A stretch of 64,000 nt of DNA from an uncultured Chloroflexia bacterium (GCA_963813335.1 CAWEYL010000004.1:93252-157251), one strand, 5' to 3'. Counted from the first letter of the stretch, positions 22,238 through 32,651 are shown. Numbers and translations are program-made. The notes: generated from the letters alone by a model not told the origin.

Positions 22238-23098
22238 GCAGCACCGGCCGGGTCATGCAGGTCGGCCCGCCCGAGCCGTTGATGCCGATCTCGGTCGCCG
22301 GGATACGTGTGGACCTCGCAGCCGGCCGCCGCCAGCGCGGCCGATGTCCGCGGGTTGCCCTCGGCCAGGATGACGACGCCGGGCCGCACCGCCAGCACGT
22401 TGCAGCCGAGCGTCGGGAACTCCTCGTCGGGCACCTCGACCATCCGGATCCCCAGGTCGCCCAGCAGCTCCCAGAGCCCGACCGGCAGCAGCGGCAGGTA
22501 GACGACCGCGAGGTCGTCGGCGACGGGCGAGATGACGCTCATGAGGTGGACCAGCTCGGCCGGGCCGCGCCAGTACGGGACATCGAAGACGCGCACGTCG
22601 CCGCCGACGATCGTCGCCCAGCTGCCGGGCGCCCTCGTTGTTGGTCCGGAGCGTCCGTCCGATGCAGAACAGGTCCGGCCGCAGCCAGAGCGTGTCGCCG
22701 CCCTCGATGGTCCCGGGCGGCTCGATCCGGCCGGCGGTCGGGATCCCGGCCTCGGCCATCCACGACTCGAGGATCGCCGGCTCCCCGGCGCGGTTCGGCT
22801 TGCCCGGGCGCAGCGGCACGGCGCCGCGGTCGGTCACCAGCAGCGGGTCGAACGTGTAGACGAGATCCGGGTCGTCGGTCTCGTCTTCGAGGACGTGGAC
22901 CGTGGGGCCGAGCGAGGCGAGCGTGTCGACGAACGCGTCGTGCTGCCGCCGCGCCAGGTCGAGGTCGACCGGGTGCAGGAACCCGTGCGCCGGATCGTCG
23001 AAGGCGGCGCCGAACGCGGGGCCGGGGCGCTTCACCAGGACGTCAAGCAGCGGCGCAGACATGCTCTGCGCCCCGAATCGGCGGGTGGTCGCGGTCAC
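22230..23098 (-). CDS. Dimethylarginine dimethylaminohydrolase/amidinotransferase family protein (two frameshifts)
   Basis: DPDLVYTFDP, IEGGD, RTN, HLMS, GCNVL, GSGGPTCMTRP. Confidence 0.85.
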
Positions 23099-23204
23099 GG
23101 ACTGAGGATAGCCGCCTGCCGCCCGCGGGCGCGCTGCCGCAGCGCTGCCGCCCGGGACCATGGTCCTTCTGGCCACGAACCGGCGGGCGGGCTACCCTTG
23201 ATGC

Positions 23205-23426
23205 GTGACGAGCTACGCCGTGACGGCCCGCATCCAGACCGCCAGCCCACGCCTCCGCGACCGCGAGCGCCCGATCACGCCGGTGCCCACGGCCATCGTG
23301 GACGAGCGGATCGTGCTCATCGAGATGGCGCCAGCGCCGCGGCGCATCCTCGCCCGCCTCGACGACCTGTCCCGGGCATTCGGCGAGAAGACCTTCTACC
23401 TGCTCGACGCGGAGGGTTGGCGCTGA
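23205..23426 (+). CDS. Small hypothetical protein (73 aa)
   Basis: TACCCT -10 box 6 nt before GTG; C-terminus KTFYLLDAEGWR; stop overlaps the next gene. Confidence 0.6.
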   Translation: MTSYAVTARIQTASPRLRDRERPITPVPTAIVDERIVLIEMAPAPRRILARLDDLSRAFGEKTFYLLDAEGWR

Positions 23427-24592
23427 TCACGCGCGCGCGCCGCACCGCCGCCGCAGCGCTCGTCGCGGGCGCCCTCCTGGCGACGCCGCTCGCGCCGGGC
23501 ACCGCGCTGGGCGCGGTGAGCGGCCCCTCGCTGACCCAGGTCGCGACCGGGCTCAGCTCGCCGGTCCTCGTCACCAACGCCGGCGACGGCTCAAACCGCC
23601 TGTTCATCGTCGAGCAGACCGGCAAGATCCGGGTGGTCAAGAACGGTTCGCTGCTGCCCACCCCGTTCCTCGACCTATCGAGCCTCATCTCGACCGGCGG
23701 CGAGCGCGGCCTCCTCGGGCTGGCCTTCCATCCATCGTACGAGACGAACGGCCGGTTCTACGTCGACTTCACGCGCACGAACGGCGACACCGTCGTCAAC
23801 GAGTACAAGGTGTCTTCGGGCAACCCCGATGTCGCCGATCCTTCGACAGCGCGACGGATCATCACCATCGGGCAGCCGTACGCGAACCACAACGGCGGGA
23901 ACATCGCGTTCGGGCGAGACGGGTACCTCTACATCGGGATGGGCGACGGCGGGTCGGGCGGCGACCCGGGCAACCGGGCGCAGAACCTGGACTCGCTGCT
24001 CGGCAAGATCCTGCGGCTCGACATCAACGGCACGTCTTCCGGGCACGGATACCGCATCCCCAAGGGCAATCCGTGGGTGGGCAAGCCGGGCCGGGACGAG
24101 ATCTGGGCGCGCGGCCTGCGCAATCCGTGGCGGTTCTCGTTCGACCGCGTCAACGGCACGCTGTGGATCGGCGACGTCGGCCAGGGGCGCTACGAGGAGA
24201 TCGATCGCGGCACCGCGGCGCAGGGGTTCGGTCGCGGCGCCAACTACGGCTGGCACGTGCTCGAGGGCACGGAGTGCTACCTCGTGCGCTCGGGCTGCAG
24301 CCGGACCGCCAAGACGCCGCCCGTGCTGCAGTACTCCCACGCGTCCGGCGCGTGCGCGGTGACCGGCGGGTTCGCCTATCACGGCACGGCCTCGCCGGGC
24401 CTGATCGGCGACTACGTCTTCGGCGACTTCTGCAACGGGCGGATCTACACGGTCCGCGCCGGGAATGCGAAGCTCGCCAAGTCGCTCCTGCTCGACACGA
24501 GCCTGCACATCAGCTCGTTCGGCGAGGACGAGGCCGGCGAGATCTACGTCGTCGACCTCAACGGCACGGTCTACCGCCTCGACGTGAGCTGA
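23417..24592 (+). CDS. PQQ-dependent sugar (glucose/sorbosone) dehydrogenase family, secreted
   Basis: GERGLLGLAFHP, NHNGG, GDGGSGGDP, GLRNPWR, DVGQ, ISSFGEDEAGE; start TTG 23417 or CTG 23423. Confidence 0.88.
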   Translation: MALITRARRTAAAALVAGALLATPLAPGTALGAVSGPSLTQVATGLSSPVLVTNAGDGSNRLFIVEQTGKIRVVKNGSLLPTPFLDLSSLISTGGERGLLGLAFHPSYETNGRFYVDFTRTNGDTVVNEYKVSSGNPDVADPSTARRIITIGQPYANHNGGNIAFGRDGYLYIGMGDGGSGGDPGNRAQNLDSLLGKILRLDINGTSSGHGYRIPKGNPWVGKPGRDEIWARGLRNPWRFSFDRVNGTLWIGDVGQGRYEEIDRGTAAQGFGRGANYGWHVLEGTECYLVRSGCSRTAKTPPVLQYSHASGACAVTGGFAYHGTASPGLIGDYVFGDFCNGRIYTVRAGNAKLAKSLLLDTSLHISSFGEDEAGEIYVVDLNGTVYRLDVS

Positions 24593-25146
24593 CCCGGAGC
24601 GGGGTCAACGCCGCGAGGGCGATGGACTCCTGCGCGGCGACCTCGACGTCGATACGGATCTCGTCGCCGACGAGCCAGCCACCGGCCTCGAGGGCGACGT
24701 TCCAGTCCAGGCCCCAGGCCTTGCGGTCGACCCGCGCCTTCGCCGAGAAGCCGACGTGGCGCGCCCCGTCCATGCCGGGGAAGAAGCCCAGGAACTCGAC
24801 GTCGACATCGACCGGGCGGGTGACGTCGCGGATCGTGACGTCGGCCGTGACCGTGTAGTCGTTGCCGCGCTTGTGGCGGATCCGGGTGCTGCGCACGACC
24901 AGTCTCGGGATAGGTCTCGGCATCGAAGAAGTCGGCCGAGCGGAGGTGGTTGTCGCGGGCGGCGAAGCCGGTGTCGACGCTCGCGGTCCGGATCCGGAAC
25001 TCGACCTGCGACGCGGTCGGATCCGCCTCGTCCAGGTCCAGCGTCGCGTCGAAGTCGAGGAACTCGCCCCGGACGTTGGTGACCATCAGGTGCTTCGCGG
25101 AGAAGTTGATGTTGCTGTGTGCTCGATCGAGCTGGAACACGGCCAT
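24558..25146 (-). CDS. YceI family protein (frameshift near 24905; true stop may lie near 24605)
   Basis: LDRAHSNINFSAKHLMVTNVRGEF, RDNHLRSADFFD, WGLDWNVALEAGGWLVGDEI. Confidence 0.88.
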
Positions 25147-25196
25147 GACGGCTGCCTCCTGTGTGCGCCGCGGGACCGCGGGACGCGTGGTACGTG

Positions 25197-25238
25197 GTTG
25201 ACGGTGCAACCATATCGCGATATCGTTGCGTTGTCAAC
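25197..25238. promoter_or_regulatory. Palindromic MarR-type operator between divergent yceI and marR
   Basis: GTTGacggtgCAAC-catatcgcgatatc-GTTGcgttgtCAAC: two GTTG-N6-CAAC boxes inside a 42-bp imperfect palindrome. Confidence 0.7.
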
Positions 25239-25276
25239 GAGCTGACCAGGCAGCCCAAGGGTGTAGCATCAAGGCC

Positions 25277-25813
25277 ATGACCGTCACCGAGCCGGCGTCG
25301 AGCCGGCCGCTTTCCGCGCACGACCCCCGCATCGAGCCGTGGCGCGCCTTCCTGCAGGCGCACGCCCGCGTGGTGCGCCGCCTCGACGAGGAGCTGCGCG
25401 CCGAGCACGACCTTTCGGTCGCCGAGTACGACGCCCTCGTGAACATCGCGCAGGCGCCCGGTCGTCGGCTGCGCATGCGCCGCCTCGCCGACCAGGTGGT
25501 CCTGAGCAAGAGCGGGGTGACCCGGTTGATCGACCGGCTCGTCGCCGACGGCCTGGTCGAGCGGAGCTCCTGCTCGACCGACGCCCGCGGCGCCGAGGCC
25601 GTCCTGACCGAGGCCGGGCTGCGCCGCCTGCGTGCCGCGTCACGGACCCACCTGCGCGGCATCGCCGATCACTTCCTCGACGTCGTCGACGACGCCGACC
25701 TCGAGGTGGTGGACCGTGCGATGCGCGCCGTCGCCGAGCGGGCCGGGACCGAGCCCGACATCGGGCGCTTCGCGCCCGGGCGCGCCGGGGGCGACCGAGC
25801 CGGCGAGGCCTGA
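25277..25813 (+). CDS. MarR family transcriptional regulator
   Basis: WRAFL, EYDAL, LSKSGVTRLIDRL…GLVER…DARG winged helix. Confidence 0.9.
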   Translation: MTVTEPASSRPLSAHDPRIEPWRAFLQAHARVVRRLDEELRAEHDLSVAEYDALVNIAQAPGRRLRMRRLADQVVLSKSGVTRLIDRLVADGLVERSSCSTDARGAEAVLTEAGLRRLRAASRTHLRGIADHFLDVVDDADLEVVDRAMRAVAERAGTEPDIGRFAPGRAGGDRAGEA

Positions 25814-25821
25814 CCCGGGTC

Positions 25822-26556
25822 GTGGCGGGCCGGCTCTACGCGGGGACGAGCGGATTCGCCTACCCCGGCTGGAGTCCGCGCTTCTACCCGGCCGGCGCGA
25901 AGGCGGCGGACCTGCTGCCGGCGTACGCGGCGCGGCTGTCCGCGGTCGAGCTCAACAACACCTACTACCAGCAGCCGTCCGCGGACAAGGTCACGTCGTG
26001 GCTGGCCGCTACGCCCGAGTCGTTCCGGTTCACGGTCAAGGCGCAGCGCAGCGGGTCCGCCCGGTCGCTGGCCGACCCGGGCACGAGCGTCCCGTGGCTC
26101 ACCGGTCCGTACCGGGCCTTCGGTGCCCGGCTGGGGACGGTCCTCTACCGGGTCCCGAACCTCATGAAGCGCGACGACGCGAAGCTGGCCGGCCTCCTCG
26201 CGGCCTGGCCGCGCGACATCCCGGTCGCACTGGAGTTCCAGCACCCGTCATGGCACGTCGACGAGACGTTCGCGGCGCTGGCCGGCGCCGGTGCCGCCCT
26301 GGTCTCGACCGAATTGCCCGAGGACGAGACGCCGCCCGACATCCGACGGACCGGTCCGTTCCTGTACCTGCGGCTCCGCCGCCACGACTACGCCCCCGCC
26401 GAGGTGGCGGAGTGGGCCGCCCGGTTGCGCCCGTTCCTCGACGCCGGCGACGATGCGTTCGTGTTCTTCCGCCACGACGACGTCGGTCGCGGCCCGGAGC
26501 TGGCCCTCGAGCTGGCGGCCGTGCTGGACCCGTCCGGCGGCTGGCCGGACGGCTAG
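25822..26556 (+). CDS. DUF72 domain protein
   Basis: GTSGFAYPGW, VELNNTYY, FTVKA, EFQHPSW, YLRLR, FVFFRH. Confidence 0.88.
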   Translation: MAGRLYAGTSGFAYPGWSPRFYPAGAKAADLLPAYAARLSAVELNNTYYQQPSADKVTSWLAATPESFRFTVKAQRSGSARSLADPGTSVPWLTGPYRAFGARLGTVLYRVPNLMKRDDAKLAGLLAAWPRDIPVALEFQHPSWHVDETFAALAGAGAALVSTELPEDETPPDIRRTGPFLYLRLRRHDYAPAEVAEWAARLRPFLDAGDDAFVFFRHDDVGRGPELALELAAVLDPSGGWPDG

Positions 26557-26879
26557 CGGCGAGAGCCCTCGGCCGGCCCGAAGGCCACGAGGATCTCGAG
26601 CCGTTCGGTGATGTCGTGGAAGCGGTGCGGCTCGCGGGCCGCCACGAACACCAGGGACCCGGGCCCGACCGGGCGCTCCTCGGCCCCCACGGTGATCGTG
26701 GCGCGTCCCGAGATGACGTAGTAGAGCTCGTCCTCGGTATGCGGCGACTGCGGGTCGATGCCGCCGGCCTCGATCACGTACAGCCCGACCGACAGGTCCG
26801 GGACGCTGAGGAACTCTTCGTACAGCCGTGCGCCGGCGACGCGGCGCGCCTCGATCTCGGCGAGCTCCCAGGCATCCAT
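26553..26879 (-). CDS. Cupin domain protein
   Basis: DPQSPHTEDELYYV…PHRFH cupin motifs. Confidence 0.85.
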   Translation of the reverse strand: MDAWELAEIEARRVAGARLYEEFLSVPDLSVGLYVIEAGGIDPQSPHTEDELYYVISGRATITVGAEERPVGPGSLVFVAAREPHRFHDITERLEILVAFGPAEGSRR

Positions 26880-26962
26880 CGTCAGGCTCCGTGCGGCAGG
26901 TTCGGACCGAGCGTAGCAAAGCCCCGGCGGCCGCGAGCCGTCCGGCGCGCTAGCATCCGCGG

Positions 26963-28231
26963 ATGACGAACCGCCCCGCCCGCCTGCTCGCCACCGCCGC
27001 GCTCGTCGTCGCGCTCGTCGCCGGCTGCGGGACCACGTCGAGCCCCTCCCCCGCGCCCGCCACCCCGAGTCCGACGCCGAGCGCGACGGCGGCACCCAGC
27101 CCGAGCCCGATCCCCACGCCGACCGCGGCGCCCTCGAGCGGGCTGATCGTGCCGCGGATCGGGCTCCGCTCGGTCGTGGTCAGCCTGGATTCCCCGGTCG
27201 ATGTCGCGGCCGAAGCCGGGGCGGCCGGCCGCCTCTTCGTCGTCGAGCAGCCGGGGCGGATCCGGGTCGTCGCGAACGGCGTCCTGGCCGCCCAGCCGTA
27301 CCTCGACATCTCGTCGCGCATCGCCTCCGGCGGCGAGCGCGGCCTGCTCGGCCTGGCGCTCCACCCCGACTTCCCGAAGGACCCGCGCCTCTTCGTCGAC
27401 TACACCGACCAGAACGGCGACACCGTCGTCTCATCGTTCGAGCAGTCGCTCGACGCCGACGCCGCCGACCCCGCGAGCGAACGGGTCCTGCTCACCGTGA
27501 AGCAGCCGTTCGCCAACCACAACGGCGGGGCGGTCGCGTTCGGGCCAGACGGGATGCTCTACATCGCCCTCGGCGATGGCGGCTCGGGCGGCGACCCGCA
27601 GGGCAACGGCCGCAGCCTCAAGACCCACCTCGCCAAGATCCTGCGCATCGACGTGAACGTGCCCGAGGGCCAGACCCCGGCCTACAAGGTCCCCGCCGAC
27701 AACCCGTTCGCGGACGGCGCCGGCGGCGCCCTGCCGGAGATCTGGCTGACCGGCCTGCGCAACCCGTGGCGGATGCACTTCGACCCGCTCAACGGCGACC
27801 TGTGGATCGGCGACGTCGGCCAGGGGGCGTGGGAGGAGGTCGACGTCGCGCGGGCCGGTGTCGGCGGCCTCGACTACGGCTGGAACACGATGGAGGGGAC
27901 CCACTGCTACCAGCCGGCCTCGGGTTGCGACCAGACCGGGCTGACCCTGCCGGTCAGCGAGTACGACCACAGCCAGGGCTGCGCGATCATCGGCGGCGTG
28001 GTCGACCGCGGCGAGGCCCAGTCGAGCTTTGCGGGCTGGTACTTCTTCTCCGACGACTGCTCCGGGAACATCTGGGTCATCGACCCGTCGAAGGACGCCT
28101 TCCAGGAGCCGATCAAGCTCCTCGAGACCGGCCGGAGCATCAGCGCCTTCGGCCAGGATGCCGACGGCAACGTCTACCTGACGGACCTCAGCAGCGGGGC
28201 CCTGCTGCAGCTGGTGCCCCAAGGCGGCTGA
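26963..28231 (+). CDS. PQQ-dependent sugar dehydrogenase family lipoprotein (paralogue of 23417-24592)
   Basis: Lipobox LVAGC, S/P/T linker, GERGLLGLALHP, NHNGG, GLRNPWR, ISAFGQD. Confidence 0.88.
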   Translation: MTNRPARLLATAALVVALVAGCGTTSSPSPAPATPSPTPSATAAPSPSPIPTPTAAPSSGLIVPRIGLRSVVVSLDSPVDVAAEAGAAGRLFVVEQPGRIRVVANGVLAAQPYLDISSRIASGGERGLLGLALHPDFPKDPRLFVDYTDQNGDTVVSSFEQSLDADAADPASERVLLTVKQPFANHNGGAVAFGPDGMLYIALGDGGSGGDPQGNGRSLKTHLAKILRIDVNVPEGQTPAYKVPADNPFADGAGGALPEIWLTGLRNPWRMHFDPLNGDLWIGDVGQGAWEEVDVARAGVGGLDYGWNTMEGTHCYQPASGCDQTGLTLPVSEYDHSQGCAIIGGVVDRGEAQSSFAGWYFFSDDCSGNIWVIDPSKDAFQEPIKLLETGRSISAFGQDADGNVYLTDLSSGALLQLVPQGG

Positions 28232-28654
28232 GCGGCGGAGCGACGGCCCGGTCGACGGCCGTCACGTCCCTGCAACGGATGCGCTTGGGACGACTTGACG
28301 CGCCTGAGACCGGCGGTCGGTCATCGTCGAGCGGGTCGGCTCCCGTGCCACTGGGGGTTCCGGGAGCCGACGCTCCCCGACGGCCACGCGGCGCGACTGA
28401 TATGCGGATGCAATGCCCGCCGGCCTCCCGGTCATCCCGCGGGGTTCGGCCCTGCGATACGGTGGCCCTGCCACCGACCCGATCGTGAGGGGAGGTCGGC
28501 GGCGCCACGACGAATCCATACCGGGAACCGCTTGTGACGGGGCGAGTCCCGATCCGCACGGACGGTCCGAGCCCCCTCCTCGGGCCGTCCGTTGCTGTTC
28601 TCAGGCGTACGATGACGTCCTCCTGACGGACCGCCACACGAGAAGGAGCCTCCC

Positions 28655-29038
28655 ATGGCAACGACCACCACCACGCTGAGCGACGAGGCCACCAAGGCCG
28701 TCGACGCGATCGAGGAGACGACTCGCGGCGCGCGGGTGAACATCGCAGACGCGGCCGATGCCGTGAAGAGCGCGGCAAACGACGTCGCGGCCAGGCTGCC
28801 CGAGGCGGCCGCCACGACGAGGTCCGCGATCGACGAGGTCGACCGCCAGCTCAAGAGCGGCTCCGACGAGATGCTCACCGTCGGTGCGACCCTCACCTTC
28901 GGCCTCGCGATCGGGCTGCTGATCGGCGGCGCGAACCGCCTCCTGGTCGCCGCCGCGCTCGTCCCGTTCGCCGCGACGGGGCTGACCTTGTTGCGACGCG
29001 CCAACGACCGGCCGCGCTCGAGCGCCAAGAGCAGCTGA
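28655..29038 (+). CDS. Hypothetical tail-anchored protein (ElaB/YqjD-like architecture)
   Basis: AAGGAG RBS; Ala-rich amphipathic helices followed by a C-terminal hydrophobic segment and basic tail. Confidence 0.7.
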   Translation: MATTTTTLSDEATKAVDAIEETTRGARVNIADAADAVKSAANDVAARLPEAAATTRSAIDEVDRQLKSGSDEMLTVGATLTFGLAIGLLIGGANRLLVAAALVPFAATGLTLLRRANDRPRSSAKSS

Positions 29039-29080
29039 CACCGGGCCGCCGACCCGGGCGGTCGCTCGCCCCGCTGGGCC

Positions 29081-30211
29081 TTAGCCGCTCGGGCTGCTAC
29101 TGACCAGGTGGAGGGCTCCGGCGCCGTCCCCGGCCGTGGCGCCGTCGTCGGAGGCGTCCTCGTCGGTTTCGAGGCCGAGCATCCGGCGGTACAGGGCCTC
29201 GTAGGCGTCGGTCATCCGGGGTGCCGAGAACCGCTCCAGCACGGACGCGCGGATCGCGGCGCGGTCCAGGCCGTCCACGCCGGCCAGCCGGAAGGCGAGC
29301 TGCGTCTCGTCATCGCCGAAGAAGCCGTCGATGCCGTCGCGGATGATCTCGGGCAGGGCCCCGATGCGGCGGGCGATCACCGGGGTCCCGCAGGCCAGCG
29401 CCTCGATGGCGACCAGCCCGAACGGCTCCGGCCACGACCCGGGCATCAGCGCGGCGTAGCTCTCGGCGAACAGCCGGTCGCGATCGGCCTGCTCGAGCTC
29501 GCCGAGGTACTCGACGTCCGAGCCGGCCGCCTCCAGGGCGGGACGGAACGCCGATTCGAAGTATTCGCGCTCCATGGTCGTCGGGCCGGCCTTGGCGGCG
29601 ATGCGCAGCGGTCGCCCGGCGGCCTGCGCGATCGCGATCGCCTCGACGATCCCCTTCTCCGGCGCGACGCGCCCCACGAAGCACAGGGCGTCGGAGCGGC
29701 GCCGCTCGAACGGGGCGTCGCCCAGGCTCAGCCCGTTGTGGATCATCGTCCACGGCACCTCGGGGTGGGTCGACGCCTGGTTGGCGCTGATGGCGACCAG
29801 GCCGGGCGGCGGCGCCTCGAGCGCCTCGGCGGCCCAGGGCAGGTCGAGCCGGCCGTGGAAGGTCGTCACGACCGGCACGGGCGAGACGCGCGCGAGCATG
29901 AGGCTCGCCCACTCCAGGTGGGCGTGGATGAGGTCGAACTCGCGGGCTCGATCGAGCACGCTTCGCATCGTCGCGAGCATGTAGGGGAGCGAGTCGCCGC
30001 TGTAGCCGGTCGGGCGCAGCGCCTCCGGCACGGTCACGACGTGGCGGCCGGGCACGTCCGAGTCGCCGCTCGCGAACGTCGTGACGTCGTGGCCGCGGCG
30101 GTCGAGCTCGACCACCAGCTCATGGACGATCCGTTCCGTCCCACCGTACGCGCGCGGCGGGACCCGCTCGAACGGCGGGGCGACCTGGGCGATGCGAAGG
30201 GGACGGGTCAT
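29081..30211 (-). CDS. Glycosyltransferase family 4 protein
   Basis: IAQVAPP…YGGTER, FVGRVAPEKG, WPEPFGLVAIEALACGTPV. Confidence 0.9.
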   Translation of the reverse strand: MTRPLRIAQVAPPFERVPPRAYGGTERIVHELVVELDRRGHDVTTFASGDSDVPGRHVVTVPEALRPTGYSGDSLPYMLATMRSVLDRAREFDLIHAHLEWASLMLARVSPVPVVTTFHGRLDLPWAAEALEAPPPGLVAISANQASTHPEVPWTMIHNGLSLGDAPFERRRSDALCFVGRVAPEKGIVEAIAIAQAAGRPLRIAAKAGPTTMEREYFESAFRPALEAAGSDVEYLGELEQADRDRLFAESYAALMPGSWPEPFGLVAIEALACGTPVIARRIGALPEIIRDGIDGFFGDDETQLAFRLAGVDGLDRAAIRASVLERFSAPRMTDAYEALYRRMLGLETDEDASDDGATAGDGAGALHLVSSSPSG

Positions 30212-30398
30212 GCGGGAGCTCCTCGATGGATGATAGCCCTGCCGGGCGGGACGGCCCGGCAGGGCGGTATCCGAGGGTAGGGCGGCACCCTCCATGACGA
30301 GGTCGCAGTCCCCCGCCGACCGGTATCAGGCGCGTATCAGCGGTCGGGTGTGGTATCCATGACGCGGACGCGGCACCGATCTCGAGGAGGCGACTGTC

Positions 30399-32013
30399 CT
30401 GACCGCACCGGCTGGCGAGCGACGAGCGAGCACGAAGTCGGTCCGGGCCGCCCTGCGCCGCGCCAGCGAGGACCTGCCGAATCTCGGGCGTCTCGCCGTC
30501 GGCCCATGGGCCGGCGTGGCGATCGGCCTCGTCATCGGGACGATCGCGATCTTCGTGAAGGCCGGGCTCAACGCGATCGTCGGCGGCGAGACCGGCTTCA
30601 TCGTCCTGACCGGCGCGGTCGCCATCTCCGCCTGGGTCGGCGGCCTGACCGGTGGGCTGACCGCGACGATCCTGGCCGGGATCGCGAATTCGGCGCTCTT
30701 CGTCGGGCTGGACGGAACGCAGTTCGAGCTGACGACGATCGATGTCGCTCGCCTGATGCTGTACATGGCCGGCGGCACCGTGGTCTCCATCCTGATGGCA
30801 TCGCTGCGGTCGTCGCGGGACCGCCTCGCCCAGACCCTCACGGAGGTCGGCGTCGATGGCGTCCGACCTGGAGCGCCGCGACGAGCGCCTCGAGCTCGTG
30901 CTGGCGGCCTCCGGCACCGGGTTCTGGGAGTGGGACATCCGCTCCGGCGACCTGCTCTGGTCCGAGGCGATCTTCCGCCAGCACGGACTCGAGCCGACCG
31001 CGGGATCGCCCTCGTACGCTCGCTATCTGGAGACGATCCACCCCGACGATCGCGCCGGCTTCCAGGCGGCGATCGACGCCGCCCTCGCCGGCGGACCGCC
31101 GCTCGACCTTCGATTCCGGCTCGTCTGGCTCGACGGCTCGATCCACTGGACCCACGGGGTCGGCCGGGTCTTCCGCGACGCGAGCGGCGAGCCGGTCCGG
31201 ATGGTCGGCACCGGCCAGGACATCACCGAGGCCCGCCGGCTCGAGGCGGAGCGCGACCAGCTGCTGCTGGACGAGCGCCGGGCCGGGGCGTTCCGCGAGG
31301 CGTTCCTCGACGTCATCTCGCACGAGCTACGGACGCCGATCACCACGATCCTCGGCCTGACCCAGATCCTCTCCAAGCCCGGGCGCGTGACCACGCCCGA
31401 GGAGCAGGCCGGGCTCATCGACGACATCTCCCAGGAATCGGAGCGGCTCCACCGCCTGGTGGAGGACCTGCTGGTGCTGACCCGCGCCGAGCGCGGCGAG
31501 TTCGCGATCGAATCCGAGCCGCTCGAGCTGCGCCGCCTGCTCACCCGCGTGGTCGAGCGCGAGAGCCTGCGCCTGCCCAGCCTGCAGATCGAGACCGACA
31601 TCCCGCGCGACCTGCCGGTCGTGGCCGGCGAGGACATCTACGTGGAGCAGATCGTCCGGAACATGCTCGGTAATGCCGCCAAGTACACGCCCATCGGCAC
31701 CCACGTCATCGTCCGCGCGGAAGCCGACGGTGACGATGTCGCGATCCGCATCCTCGATTCGGGGCCCGGCATCGACGAGGCGGCCGCCGCTCGCGCCTTC
31801 GAGCTGTTCTACCGCGACCCCTCCCGGGCGCGGGCCGTCGCCGGATCGGGCATCGGGCTCTTCGTGTGCGCCAGCCTGGTCGAGGCGATGGGCGGGAGGA
31901 TCTGGGCCGTCCAGCGCCCGGAGGGCGGATCCGAGTTCGGGTTCACGCTGCGCGGCCTGCCCGACGACGAGACCGCGCCCCTGACACCGCCCGTCGGGGC
32001 CGTCTCGGCCTGA
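30399..32013 (+). CDS. Membrane sensor histidine kinase (DUF4118-like TM + PAS + HisKA + HATPase); frameshift near 30855
   Basis: TM N-terminus; WEWDI…IHPDDR PAS; SHELRTP, NAAKY, DSGPG, GSGIGL; probable CTG start 8 nt after GAGGAGG. Confidence 0.85.
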
Positions 32014-32175
32014 CACCCGCTCGGCCCATCCGGCTGACAGGCCGTTGATAGGCCATCGGCCGTCCCCGTAGCGGGCTGCGACGGGCGCACCACCGACAGT
32101 GGCGACTGCCCGATCCGGGCCGACCGTCCCAGACGGGCCACGGTCCCCCAACGCCGGATCGGCTGGAGGTTTCAG

Positions 32176-32454
32176 ATGGGAATCATCGCGTGGATCGTCC
32201 TCGGGGCGATCGCCGGCTACATCGCCGGCTTCCTGGTCACGGGCGACGAGGGCCTCGGCGTCATCGGGCACATCGTGCTCGGCATCGTCGGCGCGCTCGT
32301 GGGCGGCTTCCTGGCCACCATCCTGTTCAACTCGAACCCGATCGACGGGCCGTTCGACCTGAGCTCGATCGTCGTCTCGGTCATCGGCGCGATCGTCGTC
32401 GTGCTCGTCGTGGGCGCGGTGAACGGCCGGGGTCGCGTCGGCCGAGGCATCTAG
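32176..32454 (+). CDS. GlsB/YeaQ/YmgE family stress-response membrane protein
   Basis: MGIIAWIVLGAIAG…LGIVGALVGG…SVIGAIVV; GGAGG RBS. Confidence 0.9.
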   Translation: MGIIAWIVLGAIAGYIAGFLVTGDEGLGVIGHIVLGIVGALVGGFLATILFNSNPIDGPFDLSSIVVSVIGAIVVVLVVGAVNGRGRVGRGI

Positions 32455-32456
32455 CG

Positions 32457-32651
32457 ATGGACGACGTGAAGAAGGTCGTTCGCGACGTCGAGCAAGACGC
32501 CAAGGAGACCTGGCGCAAGATCGACGGCGACGAGGATCTGAAGGACAAGGCCGGCAACGCCGGCGACGAGATGCGCAAGGACCTCGGGAATGCCGGCGAC
32601 GACCTGGAGCGCCGCGCCGAGCAGGAACGAGATCGTCAGCCCTCACGCTGA
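32457..32651 (+). CDS. Small hydrophilic CsbD/LEA-like protein (64 aa)
   Basis: MDDVKKVVRDVEQDAKETWRK…DKAGNAGDE…DLGNAGDD internal repeat; strong GC3 bias. Confidence 0.7.
   Translation: MDDVKKVVRDVEQDAKETWRKIDGDEDLKDKAGNAGDEMRKDLGNAGDDLERRAEQERDRQPSR

Noticed and set aside
20969-23098. Pseudogenes or programmed frameshifting in M20/DDAH (also aceE, cofD)
   Set aside because: No slippery sequences or in-frame stops; essential-type genes are equally affected; pattern fits consensus errors
28340-28372. Cobalamin riboswitch (GCCACTG…GGGA motif)
   Set aside because: Other core elements (AGGGAA, CCCGC.ACTGT, AG.CAG.A.ACC) are absent and the downstream gene is unrelated
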